DNA of 64,000 nucleotides from Pseudomonadota bacterium (GCA_038134595.1 JAYPVM010000002.1:70887-134886); one strand, 5' to 3'. Numbered from the stretch's first letter, positions 1 to 11,696 are shown. Translations and numbers: made by a program. The notes: generated by a model not told the origin, from the sequence alone.

Positions 1-2
1 AG

Positions 3-464
3 GTAAGTGAGGCTGAAGCTCTTTTAAATGAGCTTGAGGCTACCAAGGACAAGTATGTCCGTCTGTTGGCCGAGTTTGATAACTACAAGAAAAGAACCCT
101 CAAAGAGCAGTCAGAGTTGATGAAGTATCAAGGAGAGCGTCTTGTGGTAGAGCTTCTTGAGGTTTTAGACAACCTTGAGCTGGCACTTAGTCATTCTACT
201 GCTGACCACGAGAAGCTTAAAGAGGGGCTGGCAATGGTTCACAAGATGTTTGTAGACCGCTTGGCTCGTTGGGAGATTCGGGGTGAATCAGGAATGGGAG
301 CAAAGTTTGATCCCCACAAGCACGCTGCGATAAGTCAAGTGCCGGGTAGTGATGCCGAGCCCGGGACAATCGTTGGGGAGCTAAAGAAGCCGTATTTCTA
401 TAAAGACAAGCTTATTCGTGTTGGAGAGGTTGTGGTTGCTACGGAGGGAGAGGCCTCAAATTAA
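3..464 (+). CDS. grpE: Nucleotide exchange factor GrpE (5'-truncated by window edge)
   Basis: Frame is open from base 3 (VSEAEALLNELEATKDKYVRLLAEFDNYKKR). Motifs AEFDNYKKR, LDNLELAL, FDPHKHAA; directly upstream of dnaK. Confidence 0.95.
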   Translation, partial: VSEAEALLNELEATKDKYVRLLAEFDNYKKRTLKEQSELMKYQGERLVVELLEVLDNLELALSHSTADHEKLKEGLAMVHKMFVDRLARWEIRGESGMGAKFDPHKHAAISQVPGSDAEPGTIVGELKKPYFYKDKLIRVGEVVVATEGEASN

Positions 465-570
465 GTTTTTGGACTCAGTAACGTCTGTAGTGGAAATATT
501 CAATTTTAGTGGTTAAGAAGAGAAATAACCAGGATTTAAATTAGAGACTGAGAGAGAGAGGAGTGAGAAA

Positions 571-2484
571 ATGGGAAAGGTAATCGGAATAGATTTAGGA
601 ACAACTAATTCATGTGTTGCGGTAATGGAAGGCGGAAGTCCTGTTGTTATCGCAAATAGTGAGGGAAATCGGACAACACCATCGGTTGTTGGTGTAAACG
701 ATGCGGGAGAGCGGTTAGTTGGACAGATCGCTAAGCGACAGGCTGTTACGAATCCTAAAAATACTATTTTTGCGGTTAAGCGACTTATCGGTCGGAAGTC
801 AGATTCTCCTGAAGTCGAGAAGGCCCGGCAGGTTCTTCCATATGAGATTGTTGCATCGTCGAATAATGATGCATGGGTTAAGCTTCGAGAGGAATCGAAG
901 AGTCCTCAAGAGGTTTCGGCCATGATTTTGGGCAAGATGAAGCAGACAGCAGAGGATTATCTCGGTGAGAGTGTAACTGATGCTGTTATTACAGTGCCTG
1001 CGTACTTTGATGACGCACAACGGCAAGCTACAAAAGATGCTGGAAAGATTGCCGGCTTAAATGTCCTACGAATCATTAACGAGCCGACTGCGGCCGCTTT
1101 GGCGTACGGACTTGATAAAAAGCACGAGAAGACAATTGCGGTATTTGACCTCGGTGGTGGAACGTTTGATGTTTCTGTCCTTGAGTTAGGAGAGGGGGTC
1201 TTTGAGGTGAAATCCACGAACGGAGATACGTTTTTGGGTGGGGAGGACTTTGACCTTGTTTTAGTAGATTATTTGGCAGATGAGTTTAAGAAAGAGCAAG
1301 GCATTGATCTTCGCAAGGACACAATGGCTCTGCAGCGGCTTAAAGAGGCTGCAGAGAAGGCTAAACATGAGCTCTCCTCGTCTGTAGAAACGGATGTAAA
1401 CTTGCCCTTTATCACGGCAGATGCATCGGGACCGAAGCATCTTAATGTCAAGATCTCACGGGCCAAGTTTGAGAGCTTGTGTGCCGAGCTGCTTAAGCGA
1501 TTAGAGGTGCCTTGTCAAATGGCTTTAAAGGATGCCGGGCTTCAGGCGAGTGATATCGGTGAGATAATTCTTGTCGGTGGAATGACGCGGATGCCTGCTG
1601 TGCAACAACGGGTTAAGGAGATCTTCGGTAAAGAGGCTTCCAAGAATGTAAATCCCGATGAGGCTGTTGCGATCGGTGCTGCGATACAGGCAGGCGTTCT
1701 GCAAGGGGATGTCAAGGATGTTCTTCTTCTTGATGTAACACCTCTAAGTCTCGGTATTGAGACGTACGGGGGCGTTTTCACCAAATTGATTGACAAGAAC
1801 ACAACGATTCCTTCGAAGAAGTCTCAGGTGTTTTCGACAGCGGCTGATAATCAGCCTGCAGTATCGATTCACGTTCTTCAAGGGGAGCGTGAGATGGCTG
1901 GAGACAATAAGACACTTGGCCGCTTTGAGCTGGTTGGTATTCCGGCCGCGCCTCGAGGGGTTCCGCAAATTGAGGTGACGTTCGATATCGATGCAAATGG
2001 TATCGTTTCTGTGAGCGCCAAGGACCTTGGGACGCAGAAGGAGCAGTCGATTAAGATAACTGCGAGCTCGGGACTCTCCCAAGAAGAGATAGATAAGATG
2101 GTAAATGATGCGAAGCTTCATGCTGATGAAGATAAGAAGCGACGCGAGATGGTGGAAGAGCGAAATAAGCTAGACACCTTGGTCTACTCGACCGAGAAGA
2201 CCTTGTCGGAGCTCTCTGATAAAGTTGAGCCAGAGTTGAAGACTTCTGTTGAGTCAGCACTGGAGGGAGCGAAGAAGGCACTCGAGTCAAATGAGAGCGA
2301 GCAGATGCAAGCGGCACTTAAAACCCTTGAAGAAGCAAGCCATAAACTTGCCGAGGAAGCGTATAAAAAAGCTGCCCAGGAGGGTGAGGCTGCTCAAGAT
2401 GGAGCTCAACAGCAGGACCAGTCAGGTAGTGGCGATGATGATGTTGTCGATGCTGACTATGAAGAGGTGCAGGATAGTAAATAG
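571..2484 (+). CDS. dnaK: Chaperone DnaK (Hsp70)
   Basis: [58 protein letters not shown] upstream. Confidence 0.99.
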   Translation: MGKVIGIDLGTTNSCVAVMEGGSPVVIANSEGNRTTPSVVGVNDAGERLVGQIAKRQAVTNPKNTIFAVKRLIGRKSDSPEVEKARQVLPYEIVASSNNDAWVKLREESKSPQEVSAMILGKMKQTAEDYLGESVTDAVITVPAYFDDAQRQATKDAGKIAGLNVLRIINEPTAAALAYGLDKKHEKTIAVFDLGGGTFDVSVLELGEGVFEVKSTNGDTFLGGEDFDLVLVDYLADEFKKEQGIDLRKDTMALQRLKEAAEKAKHELSSSVETDVNLPFITADASGPKHLNVKISRAKFESLCAELLKRLEVPCQMALKDAGLQASDIGEIILVGGMTRMPAVQQRVKEIFGKEASKNVNPDEAVAIGAAIQAGVLQGDVKDVLLLDVTPLSLGIETYGGVFTKLIDKNTTIPSKKSQVFSTAADNQPAVSIHVLQGEREMAGDNKTLGRFELVGIPAAPRGVPQIEVTFDIDANGIVSVSAKDLGTQKEQSIKITASSGLSQEEIDKMVNDAKLHADEDKKRREMVEERNKLDTLVYSTEKTLSELSDKVEPELKTSVESALEGAKKALESNESEQMQAALKTLEEASHKLAEEAYKKAAQEGEAAQDGAQQQDQSGSGDDDVVDADYEEVQDSK

Positions 2485-2502
2485 CCTAATTTGTAGACGA
2501 TT

Positions 2503-2548
2503 ACGCATCGCAGGGCAATCGGAAGCGGTTGTTCTCCGATGCGTTTTT
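2503..2548 (+). terminator. Putative intrinsic terminator after dnaK
   Basis: ACGCATCG...CGATGCGT outer stem, inner AGGGCAATC/GGTTGTTCT stem with G-U pairs, followed by a T tract. Confidence 0.7.
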
Positions 2549-2975
2549 GTGCTTGTTAGTGTAGTCGTTTTGGCGCGGTCGGGAACGTACTTTGCGTGTG
2601 TCATGCAAAAGGCACCAAGGGGTTTCTTGTCAGCGCTTTTTTTCATCTCTTGCTGGTAAAGTCAGACTCCGAGGGGTTTCCTGTGGAACCGTATGTTTTG
2701 ATAGAATCTTGTAGCGGTGGGTAATTGAGATTCCATCGGGGCTAATAATCATCGATCAGATAATTTGGGTTCTGTGCTGCTATTACAAGGGGAGCGTCGT
2801 TTGGTTGGAGTGAGGTAGTTGCATTTGTTATACCTTTGTTTAGTATTGGCGGGGCTTATGGTATGCTTTGGGCCGGTGGCGAAAGGCTTAGTCCTGTTTA
2901 TTGCTGCTGTAGGAGTACGAGACTAGTCTCAAGATAAGAAAAACGGTCTAGGAATAAGAGAGGCCAGGAGTTTTT

Positions 2976-4106
2976 GTGTCAAAACGTGATTACTACGAAG
3001 TTTTAGGGGTCTCAAAAAGCGCATCTAGCGACGAGATTAAAAAAGCGTACCGAAAAAAGGCGGTGCAGTTTCATCCTGATAAAAATCCGGGAAACAAGGA
3101 AGCTGAAGACAAGTTCAAGGAAGCAACCGAAGCGTATTCAATTCTTAGTGATGCTGAGAATCGCGGAAAGTATGATCGGTTTGGGCACGCTGCATTTACT
3201 CAAGGAGGTGGTGGTGCCGGTGGATTTCAAGCTGGCGACTTCTCAGGGTTTGAGGATATTTTTGGAGATATTTTCGGTTCGTTTTTTGGTGGCTCGATGG
3301 GTGGTGATCCCCGTCGTGGAGGGCGCGGTCGTTCAGGGAGTGATTTAAGATACGACATGCAGATCTCGTTTGAGGAAGCGGCCTTTGGATGCGAGAAGGA
3401 GGTGGAGTTGTCGCGACGGTCTCGATGCGGAGATTGCGGAGGAAACGGCGCGGAGAAGGGGTCTGGCAAGGACCGCTGTCCACAGTGCGAAGGCGCAGGA
3501 CAGATTCGAATTCAGCAAGGTTTTTTCACTTTAGCGCAGACCTGCCACGCTTGTAATGGTGAAGGTGAAGTTATTAAGAATCCTTGCCGGTCGTGTTCGG
3601 GCTCGGGATTAACGTCCCACCAGTCAAAATTAAAGGTTAAGATCCCAGCAGGAGTCGACCACGGCCAGCGTCTTAAGATGCGTGGTGAAGGGGAGCCGGG
3701 CGTTCAAGGGGGGGCGAGTGGGGATCTTTACGTGCAGATTTACGTTAAAGAACACCCGATTTTTACCCGCCAAGAGAGTGAGCTCGTCTGTGACATGCCG
3801 ATTACCTATACCGCGGCCGTTTTAGGTGCGGAGGTCGAAGTGCCGTCACTTGAAGGAAAGGTGAAGCTAAAAATCCCCGCAGGAACTCCCTCCGGAAAGG
3901 TTTTCCGATTGAAAAACAAGGGAATACCTATCTTAGGTACGAATCCCCAGCGCCGAGGCGATCAGCATGTACGGGTACATGTGTACGTACCCAAAAAAGT
4001 TTCTGATGAGGAGAGGGTCTTGCTTGAAAGCCTGTCGTCTATTCAGGGCGACCGCGTTGAGGATGAGAAGGGCTTCTTCGGGAAGATGAAAGAGATGTTT
4101 TCGTAA
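2976..4106 (+). CDS. dnaJ: Chaperone DnaJ
   Basis: J-domain with HPD, G/F-rich region, four CxxCxGxG zinc-finger repeats; GTG start with AGGAG SD. Confidence 0.99.
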   Translation: MSKRDYYEVLGVSKSASSDEIKKAYRKKAVQFHPDKNPGNKEAEDKFKEATEAYSILSDAENRGKYDRFGHAAFTQGGGGAGGFQAGDFSGFEDIFGDIFGSFFGGSMGGDPRRGGRGRSGSDLRYDMQISFEEAAFGCEKEVELSRRSRCGDCGGNGAEKGSGKDRCPQCEGAGQIRIQQGFFTLAQTCHACNGEGEVIKNPCRSCSGSGLTSHQSKLKVKIPAGVDHGQRLKMRGEGEPGVQGGASGDLYVQIYVKEHPIFTRQESELVCDMPITYTAAVLGAEVEVPSLEGKVKLKIPAGTPSGKVFRLKNKGIPILGTNPQRRGDQHVRVHVYVPKKVSDEERVLLESLSSIQGDRVEDEKGFFGKMKEMFS

Positions 4107-4282
4107 CTAGCTCTCGACGAACGATGGTTGATTGGGCCTAAGGGCTGTATCTTTTAGCCACAGAAATCCGCCTTTCATTGTAAGGAGTAATTGACGCCTT
4201 TCGTCTTGAGGTGCACCTGTTATGATACCCATGAATTACTTACGTTGGCCGTTACAAGTCGCCTAAACGAAGGAAACAAATC

Positions 4283-6301
4283 ATGGAACGAGGTTTAGTT
4301 GTGTCGATAAATCAAAGAAGGCGTCGGGTACTATGTATATGGAAGCGGTGTTCATGGAGTCGGTGTTCATGGAGTCAGTTGCCGCTATTACTCTGTGCGG
4401 TTCTGGTTGTTCAAGCAGGATGCTCGGTATCTGTCAAAGAGAGCTCACAAACCAAAAGCGCCCCGAGGTACGATGTTGTTAAACAGGATTCGCCATCAGT
4501 GACACAGAGCGTGCCCTGGGAGATTTGGCCAATTTTTCGAGATCTCAACGGGCATGCAGTTGTTAATCGAGAACTGTTGTTGGGGGATGAGTATCGCAGA
4601 GCTGGTCAGCGTGGGCTTGCGATGGAAACGTATCAGAAAGCAGAAACAGGAATACTTTCGCCAGGAGAGCGAGAAGCGGTTGTGGTACGAATTGCCAGCC
4701 AGTATTTGGTCGATGGCGATGCCAAACAGGCCTTGGCGACAATTGGACAGTATTACCGAGATTCTGGGAAGACGGAGGCGGGGGTTAATGTTCCCATTGG
4801 GCTCGTGTTGGCCTTTGCATATGGACAACATGGAGATCTAGATCAAGCGCTTGCTTGGTTCTCGAAGGTTTTCGATATGGGAGTTCGAGGTGGTCCTGCT
4901 CAGAGTGTGGCTGAGCGGGGTGTAGGCGCTCTTTTGGAAACTGTTTCACATGGGGAGCTTGAAAGGTTGGCCGTGGACTGGCATGCAGATCTTTTGGTTT
5001 CTCGCTACATAGGTGCCGAACGGTTGAAACGCTCTTCGAGTAACTATTTGGAGAAGGGGACGCCGTCCGGAGAACCGTTTTGGAAGCGCACCGAAGGGGT
5101 AGCTCTTGTTGCAGTTTCGCCGGTAGGAGAGGTATCGGATGCCCCGATTCACAGCGGCGCATCGATAGGTGTCGTTTTAGGTCTAACGGATAAATTTGCA
5201 GCGCTCGGCAAGGACACGCAACGGGGAATCGAGCTGGCGATGGCGAATGCATCACAAGTGGGGATCGCTTCTGTTACAGAGGATGTCGGTGCAGATAGTA
5301 CAAAGGCTTCGGCTGCCGTTCGAAAACTTGTGACCGAATCTCAACCGAAGGTTGTGCTGGGGCCGTTGTTAACGGAGTCGAGTGTGTCAGCGTCCCAGAC
5401 GGCTCGGGAGCTGGGAGTGCCTCTGGTGTCGTTTTCGAAGAGCGAGGGTTTTAACACAGGACGAGGAGTGTATCGCCTTGGAGCAACAACATCGAGTCAG
5501 GTAAGCGCCCTGCTCACGGCAGCACACTATGGCTATGGCATGAGGCGCTTTGCTGTCGCCTATCCCAATACATCCAGTGGTAGAGAGTACGCTCAGGTAT
5601 TTAGAGAGGGGATAACCCGATTGGGGCTTTCGGTCGAGCTTGAAGTGCCTTATGAAGCAAGTAACGATGAAACCCTTGCAGAAGTGGCGCGTATGCTCGA
5701 AGGAACCTCTGCAACTGGTTTGCTGATACCGGATGTCATTGATGTAAGCGCTCGATTAATTCAGAATTTATCGCCCCAGCTTCGTCGTCAGTTGCGTCCT
5801 TTAGGTATCGCTTTGTGGGATAATGTTTCCAAAATAGCGCGCTCCCAAGCCGTTTTTGAGGGGGCATTGTTCGTATCGCCATTTTTCTCGCAAAGTTCGC
5901 GGGATGAGGTTGTCAGCTTTGTCTCTTCCTTTAAGGCTAAATATGGGTCGACACCTAATTTTCTCGCCGCGCAGGGCTACGATGCGGCTAATCTTGTTAT
6001 CGCTGCGTTGAAGGCAGAGTCTCGGCAGGAAGGAAGTTTCGAGGCGATGTTATTACAAGCGCCACCTCTAAATGGGATTACAGGAGTACTTAGTACAACA
6101 CCTTCCGGGGAGATAATGAGAACGTTTTATGTAGTTGAGGTATTAAAGGACTCCTTTCAGGAGCTCCTACCCTCGGAGCGGAGCACTTCAGAGTATTTGG
6201 GGGATTCCTTGAACCCGCCACCAGTGGAGAGGTCGATTTCTTTTTCAAACGGAGAACAAGTGGGGTTAGGTAGTGGGTTTGCTCAGGTTGGCGATGGGTA
6301 G
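4283..6301 (+). CDS. LpoA/LppC-like lipoprotein (penicillin-binding protein activator-like: helical N-terminus plus type-1 periplasmic binding fold); start uncertain
   Basis: Lipobox-like LLLCAVLVVQAG|C, TPR-like helices, then IGVVLGLT...GIELA, VVLGPLL, PNFLAAQGYDAA, GITG. Confidence 0.75.
   Translation: MERGLVVSINQRRRRVLCIWKRCSWSRCSWSQLPLLLCAVLVVQAGCSVSVKESSQTKSAPRYDVVKQDSPSVTQSVPWEIWPIFRDLNGHAVVNRELLLGDEYRRAGQRGLAMETYQKAETGILSPGEREAVVVRIASQYLVDGDAKQALATIGQYYRDSGKTEAGVNVPIGLVLAFAYGQHGDLDQALAWFSKVFDMGVRGGPAQSVAERGVGALLETVSHGELERLAVDWHADLLVSRYIGAERLKRSSSNYLEKGTPSGEPFWKRTEGVALVAVSPVGEVSDAPIHSGASIGVVLGLTDKFAALGKDTQRGIELAMANASQVGIASVTEDVGADSTKASAAVRKLVTESQPKVVLGPLLTESSVSASQTARELGVPLVSFSKSEGFNTGRGVYRLGATTSSQVSALLTAAHYGYGMRRFAVAYPNTSSGREYAQVFREGITRLGLSVELEVPYEASNDETLAEVARMLEGTSATGLLIPDVIDVSARLIQNLSPQLRRQLRPLGIALWDNVSKIARSQAVFEGALFVSPFFSQSSRDEVVSFVSSFKAKYGSTPNFLAAQGYDAANLVIAALKAESRQEGSFEAMLLQAPPLNGITGVLSTTPSGEIMRTFYVVEVLKDSFQELLPSERSTSEYLGDSLNPPPVERSISFSNGEQVGLGSGFAQVGDG
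4346..4375 (+). repeat. Perfect 15-bp tandem duplication CGGTGTTCATGGAGT x2
   Basis: Read directly; encodes RCSWS-RCSWS in the N-terminal region of the LpoA-like ORF. Confidence 0.9.
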
Positions 6302-6429
6302 TATTGGTGGGACTAGCTGTGTGTTCTTAGTTAGTTATCTACTTTAGTGGGGTCGATCTCAACAGGCGGTGATAGAGTCTTGTTATCATATAAAGCTCTT
6401 GGTGGTATGATGGTAGAAATGGGGGCGTA

Positions 6430-8880
6430 ATGGCGAAGAAATCAAAAAATAAGAAGCAAGCCGATGATGTTCCGACCATTGGATCGCATGCTGTAGTGCA
6501 TGAGATAGGGGTGCCAGAAGTCCTACCGGTTCTCGCCGCCAAGGACATGGTGCCGTTTCCGGGTGTCATGATGTCTCTTTATTTGAGTCGAGCTGAAAGC
6601 ATAAAGGCTCTTGAGGCGGCTATGGACGGCGACAGACTTGCTTTTGTTGTTGCTCAAACTCGCCCTGACGTAGAGAGCCCTGCTTCGAAAGATCTCTATA
6701 AAGTAGGTGTAGTCGCTCATATTGTGCGAACACTTCAAGTACAGGATGGTCGACACAAAGTGTTGTTACAGGGGTTATTACGGGCGAAAGTGAAGCGATT
6801 CGACTCTCGCGCACCTTATTTGAAAGCAAAGATAGAGCCTATTGAAGTCGATGATGACGGCCGAAAAATCTCCGCTGAGAATCAGGCTCTGATTAATCGA
6901 ATTCGAGAGAACCTGCAGTTGTTGGTAGAGTACGAGCATATGCCCGAAGAGATGCTGATTGTGACAGAGGAGCTCTACGACCCAGGCATGTTAGCTGATG
7001 TTATTCTCGCGCATTACAAGGTTGACTTAAAGGAGGCGCAAGCTGCTCTCGAAGAGCTTGACGCTATGAAGCGGTTGCGTCTAACCGATACGGCGATTTC
7101 AGATGAGCTTAATAAGTTTATCCTCTCAGAAAAGATTAAGGATAAAGCTCGTGATGAGATGACCAAGGGGCAGCGCGAGTATTATCTCCGGGAGCAGTTA
7201 AGACAGATTCAGCGAGAGTTAGGAGATGGAGAGTCAGGTTCAGATGAGTTGCATGTTGTACGTGAAAAGCTGACCAAACTAAGACTTCCGAAGCAGGCAA
7301 AGGAAGAGAGTTTTAAGCAGTTGCGTCGTTTGGAGCAGATGAGTCCTGAATCAAGTGAGTATGCACTGCTACGGACGTATTTAGAGTGGGTTATTGACCT
7401 GCCGTGGACATCCCGGACGAAAGATAAACTTGATTTGAAGCGAGCCGCCTCAATTTTAGAGGAAGACCATTTTGGGCTTGAAAAAGTTAAGGACAGAATC
7501 CTTGAATATCTAAGTGTGCGAGCGCTAAATCCTGATTCAAAGGGGCCAATTTTGTGTTTTGTTGGCCCGCCGGGAGTTGGAAAGACGTCACTAGGTCAAT
7601 CCATTGCGCGTGCGTTAGGTAGGAAGTTCCACAGAATGTCACTGGGTGGAATGAGAGATGAGGCTGAAATTCGTGGGCACCGGAGAACGTATGTCGGAGC
7701 CCTGCCGGGGAGAATAGTTCAGGGCATGAAGCAGGCCGAGAGTCGAAATCCCGTTTTCGTGTTGGATGAATTAGATAAGATAGGCGCAGACTTTCGAGGG
7801 GATCCGGCTTCTGCATTATTGGAGGTTCTAGATCCGCATCAAAACGCAGAATTTCGGGATCACTATCTAAACATGCCTTTTGATCTCTCGGAGGTGTTGT
7901 TTGTAGCGACTGCGAATACAACTGATACTATTCCAGAGCCGCTCATAGATAGGCTAGAGATATTATATATCCCGGGATACACCTCTCAGGAGAAAGAAAA
8001 GATTGCGACCCGTTACTTAATACCGAGACAGTTGAAGGAGGCGGGGCTAGCGGACCATAACCTGCGTTTCACTGCCGACGCATTGCAATTGTTAATTGAT
8101 AGGTATACGCGGGAAGCGGGAGTCAGAAATTTAGAGCGAGAGATAGGCGCGGTATGTCGAAAGATCGCGCGTGAGTATGCAGAAAATAAAAAAGTGCTCA
8201 AAACGATTACTCCCGACCGTGTGCGTAAGCTTCTCGGTGTAACCAAGTACGACCCCGAGGTGACCGAGCAGCGAGAAGCTGTCGGTTTGGTCAGGGGATT
8301 GGCGTGGACCGTCTATGGCGGTGAAATGATGCCGATAGAGGTATCATTGGCGCCCGGCTCTGGCTCGCTTGCCTTAACGGGACAATTGGGGAGTGTGATG
8401 CAGGAGTCAGCGCAGGCGGCCCTCTTCTATGCCAGGGCTAATGCGTCAGTATTGGGGCTGGATCCGGAATTTTATACAAAGTTCGATATTCACGTGCATG
8501 TTCCAGGTGGCGCCACTCCAAAGGATGGTCCATCGGCGGGTATTACAATTGCTACGGCGCTAGTCTCTGTGCTTTCGGAGAGAAAGGTCTCGAAGGATAT
8601 CGCTATGACAGGAGAAATGACCCTTCGTGGAAATATCCTTGCCGTTGGTGGATTGAGGGAGAAAGCGTTGGCAGCACTTCAACACGGCATTAGAAAAGTA
8701 ATTATTCCCTTTGAAAACATCAAAGATCTTGAAGAAATCCCTGAAGAGCAACGCAAGCAGATTCAGTTTATTCCAGTAAAACATGTGAGCGAGGTCTTAG
8801 AGTTAGCGTTGTTGGGACGCTCTAAAAAGCAAGTTCCAACTCGAAAACGTGGCAAGCGGGGAGTGGTAGGTGTTTCGTGA
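6430..8880 (+). CDS. lon: ATP-dependent protease Lon (LonA)
   Basis: Lon N-domain, Walker A GPPGVGKT, Walker B FVLDELDK, RGHRRTYVGA, catalytic DGPSAG and GGLREK. Confidence 0.98.
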   Translation: MAKKSKNKKQADDVPTIGSHAVVHEIGVPEVLPVLAAKDMVPFPGVMMSLYLSRAESIKALEAAMDGDRLAFVVAQTRPDVESPASKDLYKVGVVAHIVRTLQVQDGRHKVLLQGLLRAKVKRFDSRAPYLKAKIEPIEVDDDGRKISAENQALINRIRENLQLLVEYEHMPEEMLIVTEELYDPGMLADVILAHYKVDLKEAQAALEELDAMKRLRLTDTAISDELNKFILSEKIKDKARDEMTKGQREYYLREQLRQIQRELGDGESGSDELHVVREKLTKLRLPKQAKEESFKQLRRLEQMSPESSEYALLRTYLEWVIDLPWTSRTKDKLDLKRAASILEEDHFGLEKVKDRILEYLSVRALNPDSKGPILCFVGPPGVGKTSLGQSIARALGRKFHRMSLGGMRDEAEIRGHRRTYVGALPGRIVQGMKQAESRNPVFVLDELDKIGADFRGDPASALLEVLDPHQNAEFRDHYLNMPFDLSEVLFVATANTTDTIPEPLIDRLEILYIPGYTSQEKEKIATRYLIPRQLKEAGLADHNLRFTADALQLLIDRYTREAGVRNLEREIGAVCRKIAREYAENKKVLKTITPDRVRKLLGVTKYDPEVTEQREAVGLVRGLAWTVYGGEMMPIEVSLAPGSGSLALTGQLGSVMQESAQAALFYARANASVLGLDPEFYTKFDIHVHVPGGATPKDGPSAGITIATALVSVLSERKVSKDIAMTGEMTLRGNILAVGGLREKALAALQHGIRKVIIPFENIKDLEEIPEEQRKQIQFIPVKHVSEVLELALLGRSKKQVPTRKRGKRGVVGVS

Positions 8881-9913
8881 ACGTAGTGCTCGTGTCGTAC
8901 TGCCGTTGTGTTTAAAGATCAACAAAGCTATCGCCTTCTTGATGCCGATTTTGGCTCTGATTGCTGTGGCACATCAGGTCAGAGCGGACAGCTGTGTTTA
9001 CATCGATGATAAAAATACCATTCGCTCCGTAGACAGCATGAGTCTTGTGCCTAGAAGGTATCGAAAGGCGGCAACGTGCAAGGATATTAGTGTTGGCGAA
9101 GTGGTCGCTCCCCATTCAATGGATGTCGGCCGATTAGCCCGGGAAGTATCATTTGGCACTAGTCTTGGTACTATGAATGTTAGGTGGGCTCGGGACTTGG
9201 AGCGGTGCTACAGGGTTACGCCCGCCAAAGCCATTGCGGAGGCCTCCAGAACGGTTAAGCAAGCCCTTCGTGTGTCAAAGCTCTTTTCTGAGGTGGGACA
9301 AAAGTCTCGCACATGGGATTTTGTGTTAACAGATAGAGCGCATGCTGTTTCACAGATCCCAACAGATATCATAAGAGGGAGACATCCCGGCTTTATGCTC
9401 CCACCCAATAGAGTCTATATTCTATCTGATTTTATTGCGCAAAACTGCCAGGAAAATCCGATTTCCGATCGGCTATTGGCGCAGGTTCTGTTGCACGAGA
9501 TGGGGCACGTGGTTGAGTATATTTTGTTAGGAGAGCCTGCTTCGATGAGCAATAGGGAGCGGGGAGAGGGGTTCGCAACATGGTTTGAACACTATGCAAG
9601 CGAATTTTCAAAGACCATTGGCAAGGATAGAGTTTCAGAAAATCTAAGAAAGTTAGGGACACAGAATCAAGTGGCACAAGTTCGCAAAGGCTCTTTCAAC
9701 GGTACAGCTCTTGATTATGCTCGAGCGGCGATGCCATTTTTTCTCTTAGTGTCGAAGAAGGGAACCGGTGGGGTTGCTAGGTTGTATCGGGATGCGCGCA
9801 TGAAGCAGGTTCCGCTGCACGAGGCTGTAAGGAATGTGTTTGGGTGGAGTGATGCTACGTATCGAAGTAAGCTTAACAGGTTTACGGAACAGTTTCTTTC
9901 GCGTTTAGAGTAG
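8870..9913 (+). CDS. Putative secreted zinc metallopeptidase (HExxH...E, gluzincin-like); true start may be ATG 8942
   Basis: Signal-like MPILALIAVAHQVRA|D; LLHEMGHVVEY followed by EGFATWFE. Confidence 0.65.
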   Translation: MFRERSARVVLPLCLKINKAIAFLMPILALIAVAHQVRADSCVYIDDKNTIRSVDSMSLVPRRYRKAATCKDISVGEVVAPHSMDVGRLAREVSFGTSLGTMNVRWARDLERCYRVTPAKAIAEASRTVKQALRVSKLFSEVGQKSRTWDFVLTDRAHAVSQIPTDIIRGRHPGFMLPPNRVYILSDFIAQNCQENPISDRLLAQVLLHEMGHVVEYILLGEPASMSNRERGEGFATWFEHYASEFSKTIGKDRVSENLRKLGTQNQVAQVRKGSFNGTALDYARAAMPFFLLVSKKGTGGVARLYRDARMKQVPLHEAVRNVFGWSDATYRSKLNRFTEQFLSRLE

Positions 9914-9964
9914 AATCGATATGTCGAGGGCTCTTGCTTCATAGAGCGAGGTTGGGACCTGCTT

Positions 9965-10522
9965 CTAGGCGCTCGATTTTTTGTCTTGAGTTTGTGTTGT
10001 GCATAGCGCTCTTTGTAGAAGTGACTCTAGCGTGTTGCATGATGATTGGGATGTGGGGATGTTGGCCTTTGTGCATTCTCTGTTGCATGTAGAACATACG
10101 CCGTCCGGTGAGCGTTCCGGCCTCCAAAACGGCGAGAGGGCTAAAATGAGGGCCTCTTGAATTGGCTCCTCGAGATCTACGTGCTCACCCGAGTAAAATA
10201 ACACCCCTGGGTCGTCTAGGTTGTCATCAGCTGCCGCTCGGTCGCTTTCAGTTTGGAGTACCCAGTTAAGGGGTGCGCTGATGGTGTGCTCTCGTAAGTC
10301 AGCACATGTTGCACAGTCTTGTTTGCAGGTGCTGGACACCGTGCCTTTTGTAAGGACGCCCCCGTGAGTTCGGGTTAGCTTGAGCGAAACCTGTGGGTCC
10401 TCAATAAACTCAATGAATCCTCGCTTTGAACCCGAAGCAATCCTTTCATTGAGTGATTTTTTACAGATGGTGGCAGAGATGGACATGCCAGAAAAGGGTA
10501 CGGTTGTTACGAGAATGCGCAT
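9965..10522 (-). CDS. yceD: DUF177/YceD family protein
   Basis: CATC, VDLEEPIQEALILAL, and a second Cys pair (CSTC) near the C-terminus. Confidence 0.85.
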   Translation of the reverse strand: MRILVTTVPFSGMSISATICKKSLNERIASGSKRGFIEFIEDPQVSLKLTRTHGGVLTKGTVSSTCKQDCATCADLREHTISAPLNWVLQTESDRAAADDNLDDPGVLFYSGEHVDLEEPIQEALILALSPFWRPERSPDGVCSTCNRECTKANIPTSQSSCNTLESLLQRALCTTQTQDKKSSA

Positions 10523-11222
10523 AGTACGGCTACCTGATTTTATGTGTTTGGGATTATGGGCAAAGCCTTTCCCTGTTTTAAGCCCCTCCTGAATCCCTTC
10601 CGATATATCTCTTGGTTCAGGTGTTTTGTTTGTGCCTTTAACGGAGAGGGTCCCCCCAAGACTATAGCAAGTATCGGGTCTGAGTACACCTGTTTGCGCC
10701 CTGTGCTTGATATGGCCTGAAACCCTTGCGCAGAGCTACTCGAGTCGTAGATGGAAATTGGGGCTTGGTGGCGCGATGGTATGTAAGGTATTTAGCTGGG
10801 TTTTTAGAGGTGCTTAGGACGGCAAAATAGATTGCCACCGTCAGGGTTTGATTCGTACGGTGACCTATTTATGTTGAACTAGTGATTTCTCGAAGAGTTT
10901 GTTTTTTTGGTTCATGAAAATCTCTAGTATATCTTTAGGGATACGTTTTTATGCGCTTTTTATCACCGTAAGGACGGGCGCGCCGAAGAGCTTACGAGTC
11001 GCCTGCTAGATTGTGTGTAATCGTGCCATTTTATCGCGGTTTACTGCAATCAACTCTTTGAGCGGGAAAGAAAGTGAGTTATAACACACAGGCGTAACAC
11101 GCAGACTATTAAGGCGCTTGAAGTGGTCCAAAGTCACTCGTAACTGAGGAGTCAGGGGGGGAGTTTCGCAACTTTTTCGTAACGCGTACGATACCTCATT
11201 TGTTTGTTTTTTGGAGGGTATA

Positions 11223-11696
11223 ATGGGAATTAACAAAGTTATTCTACTCGGTAATTTAGGAAAAGATCCGGAGGTTCGATCCACTTCTGGAGGGATGTCC
11301 GTAGCACGGTTTCCCCTAGCGACCGGAGAACGTAAGAAAGACCAAAGTGGCCAGTGGGTAGATCACACCGAATGGCACAATGTAGTGACATTCGGTAAGA
11401 CAGCAGAGAACTGTCAGAAGTTTTTGAAAAAGGGTCGCCAGATATTTGTAGAAGGGCGTATCCGCACGAACAAGTGGCAGGATAAAGAGGGGAAAGACCG
11501 CTACACGACGGAGATTCTCGCTGATAATGTTCAGTTCGTTGGCGGAAAGGGAGAGGGGGATTACTCCTCGAGCGCTGCTAATGACAATGTCTTGGCCGGG
11601 ATTCCTAGTGCCGATGGGTTGGCTAAAGCTGCAAATGGTAGCCCTTCAGTATCGGATGAGCCGATAACATTTGATGACGATGATATCCCATTCTAG
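11223..11696 (+). CDS. ssb: Single-stranded DNA-binding protein
   Basis: INKVILLGNLGKDPE, TEWHNVV, VEGRIRT, acidic tip DDDDIPF; ATG 11223 with GGAGGG SD. Confidence 0.98.
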   Translation: MGINKVILLGNLGKDPEVRSTSGGMSVARFPLATGERKKDQSGQWVDHTEWHNVVTFGKTAENCQKFLKKGRQIFVEGRIRTNKWQDKEGKDRYTTEILADNVQFVGGKGEGDYSSSAANDNVLAGIPSADGLAKAANGSPSVSDEPITFDDDDIPF

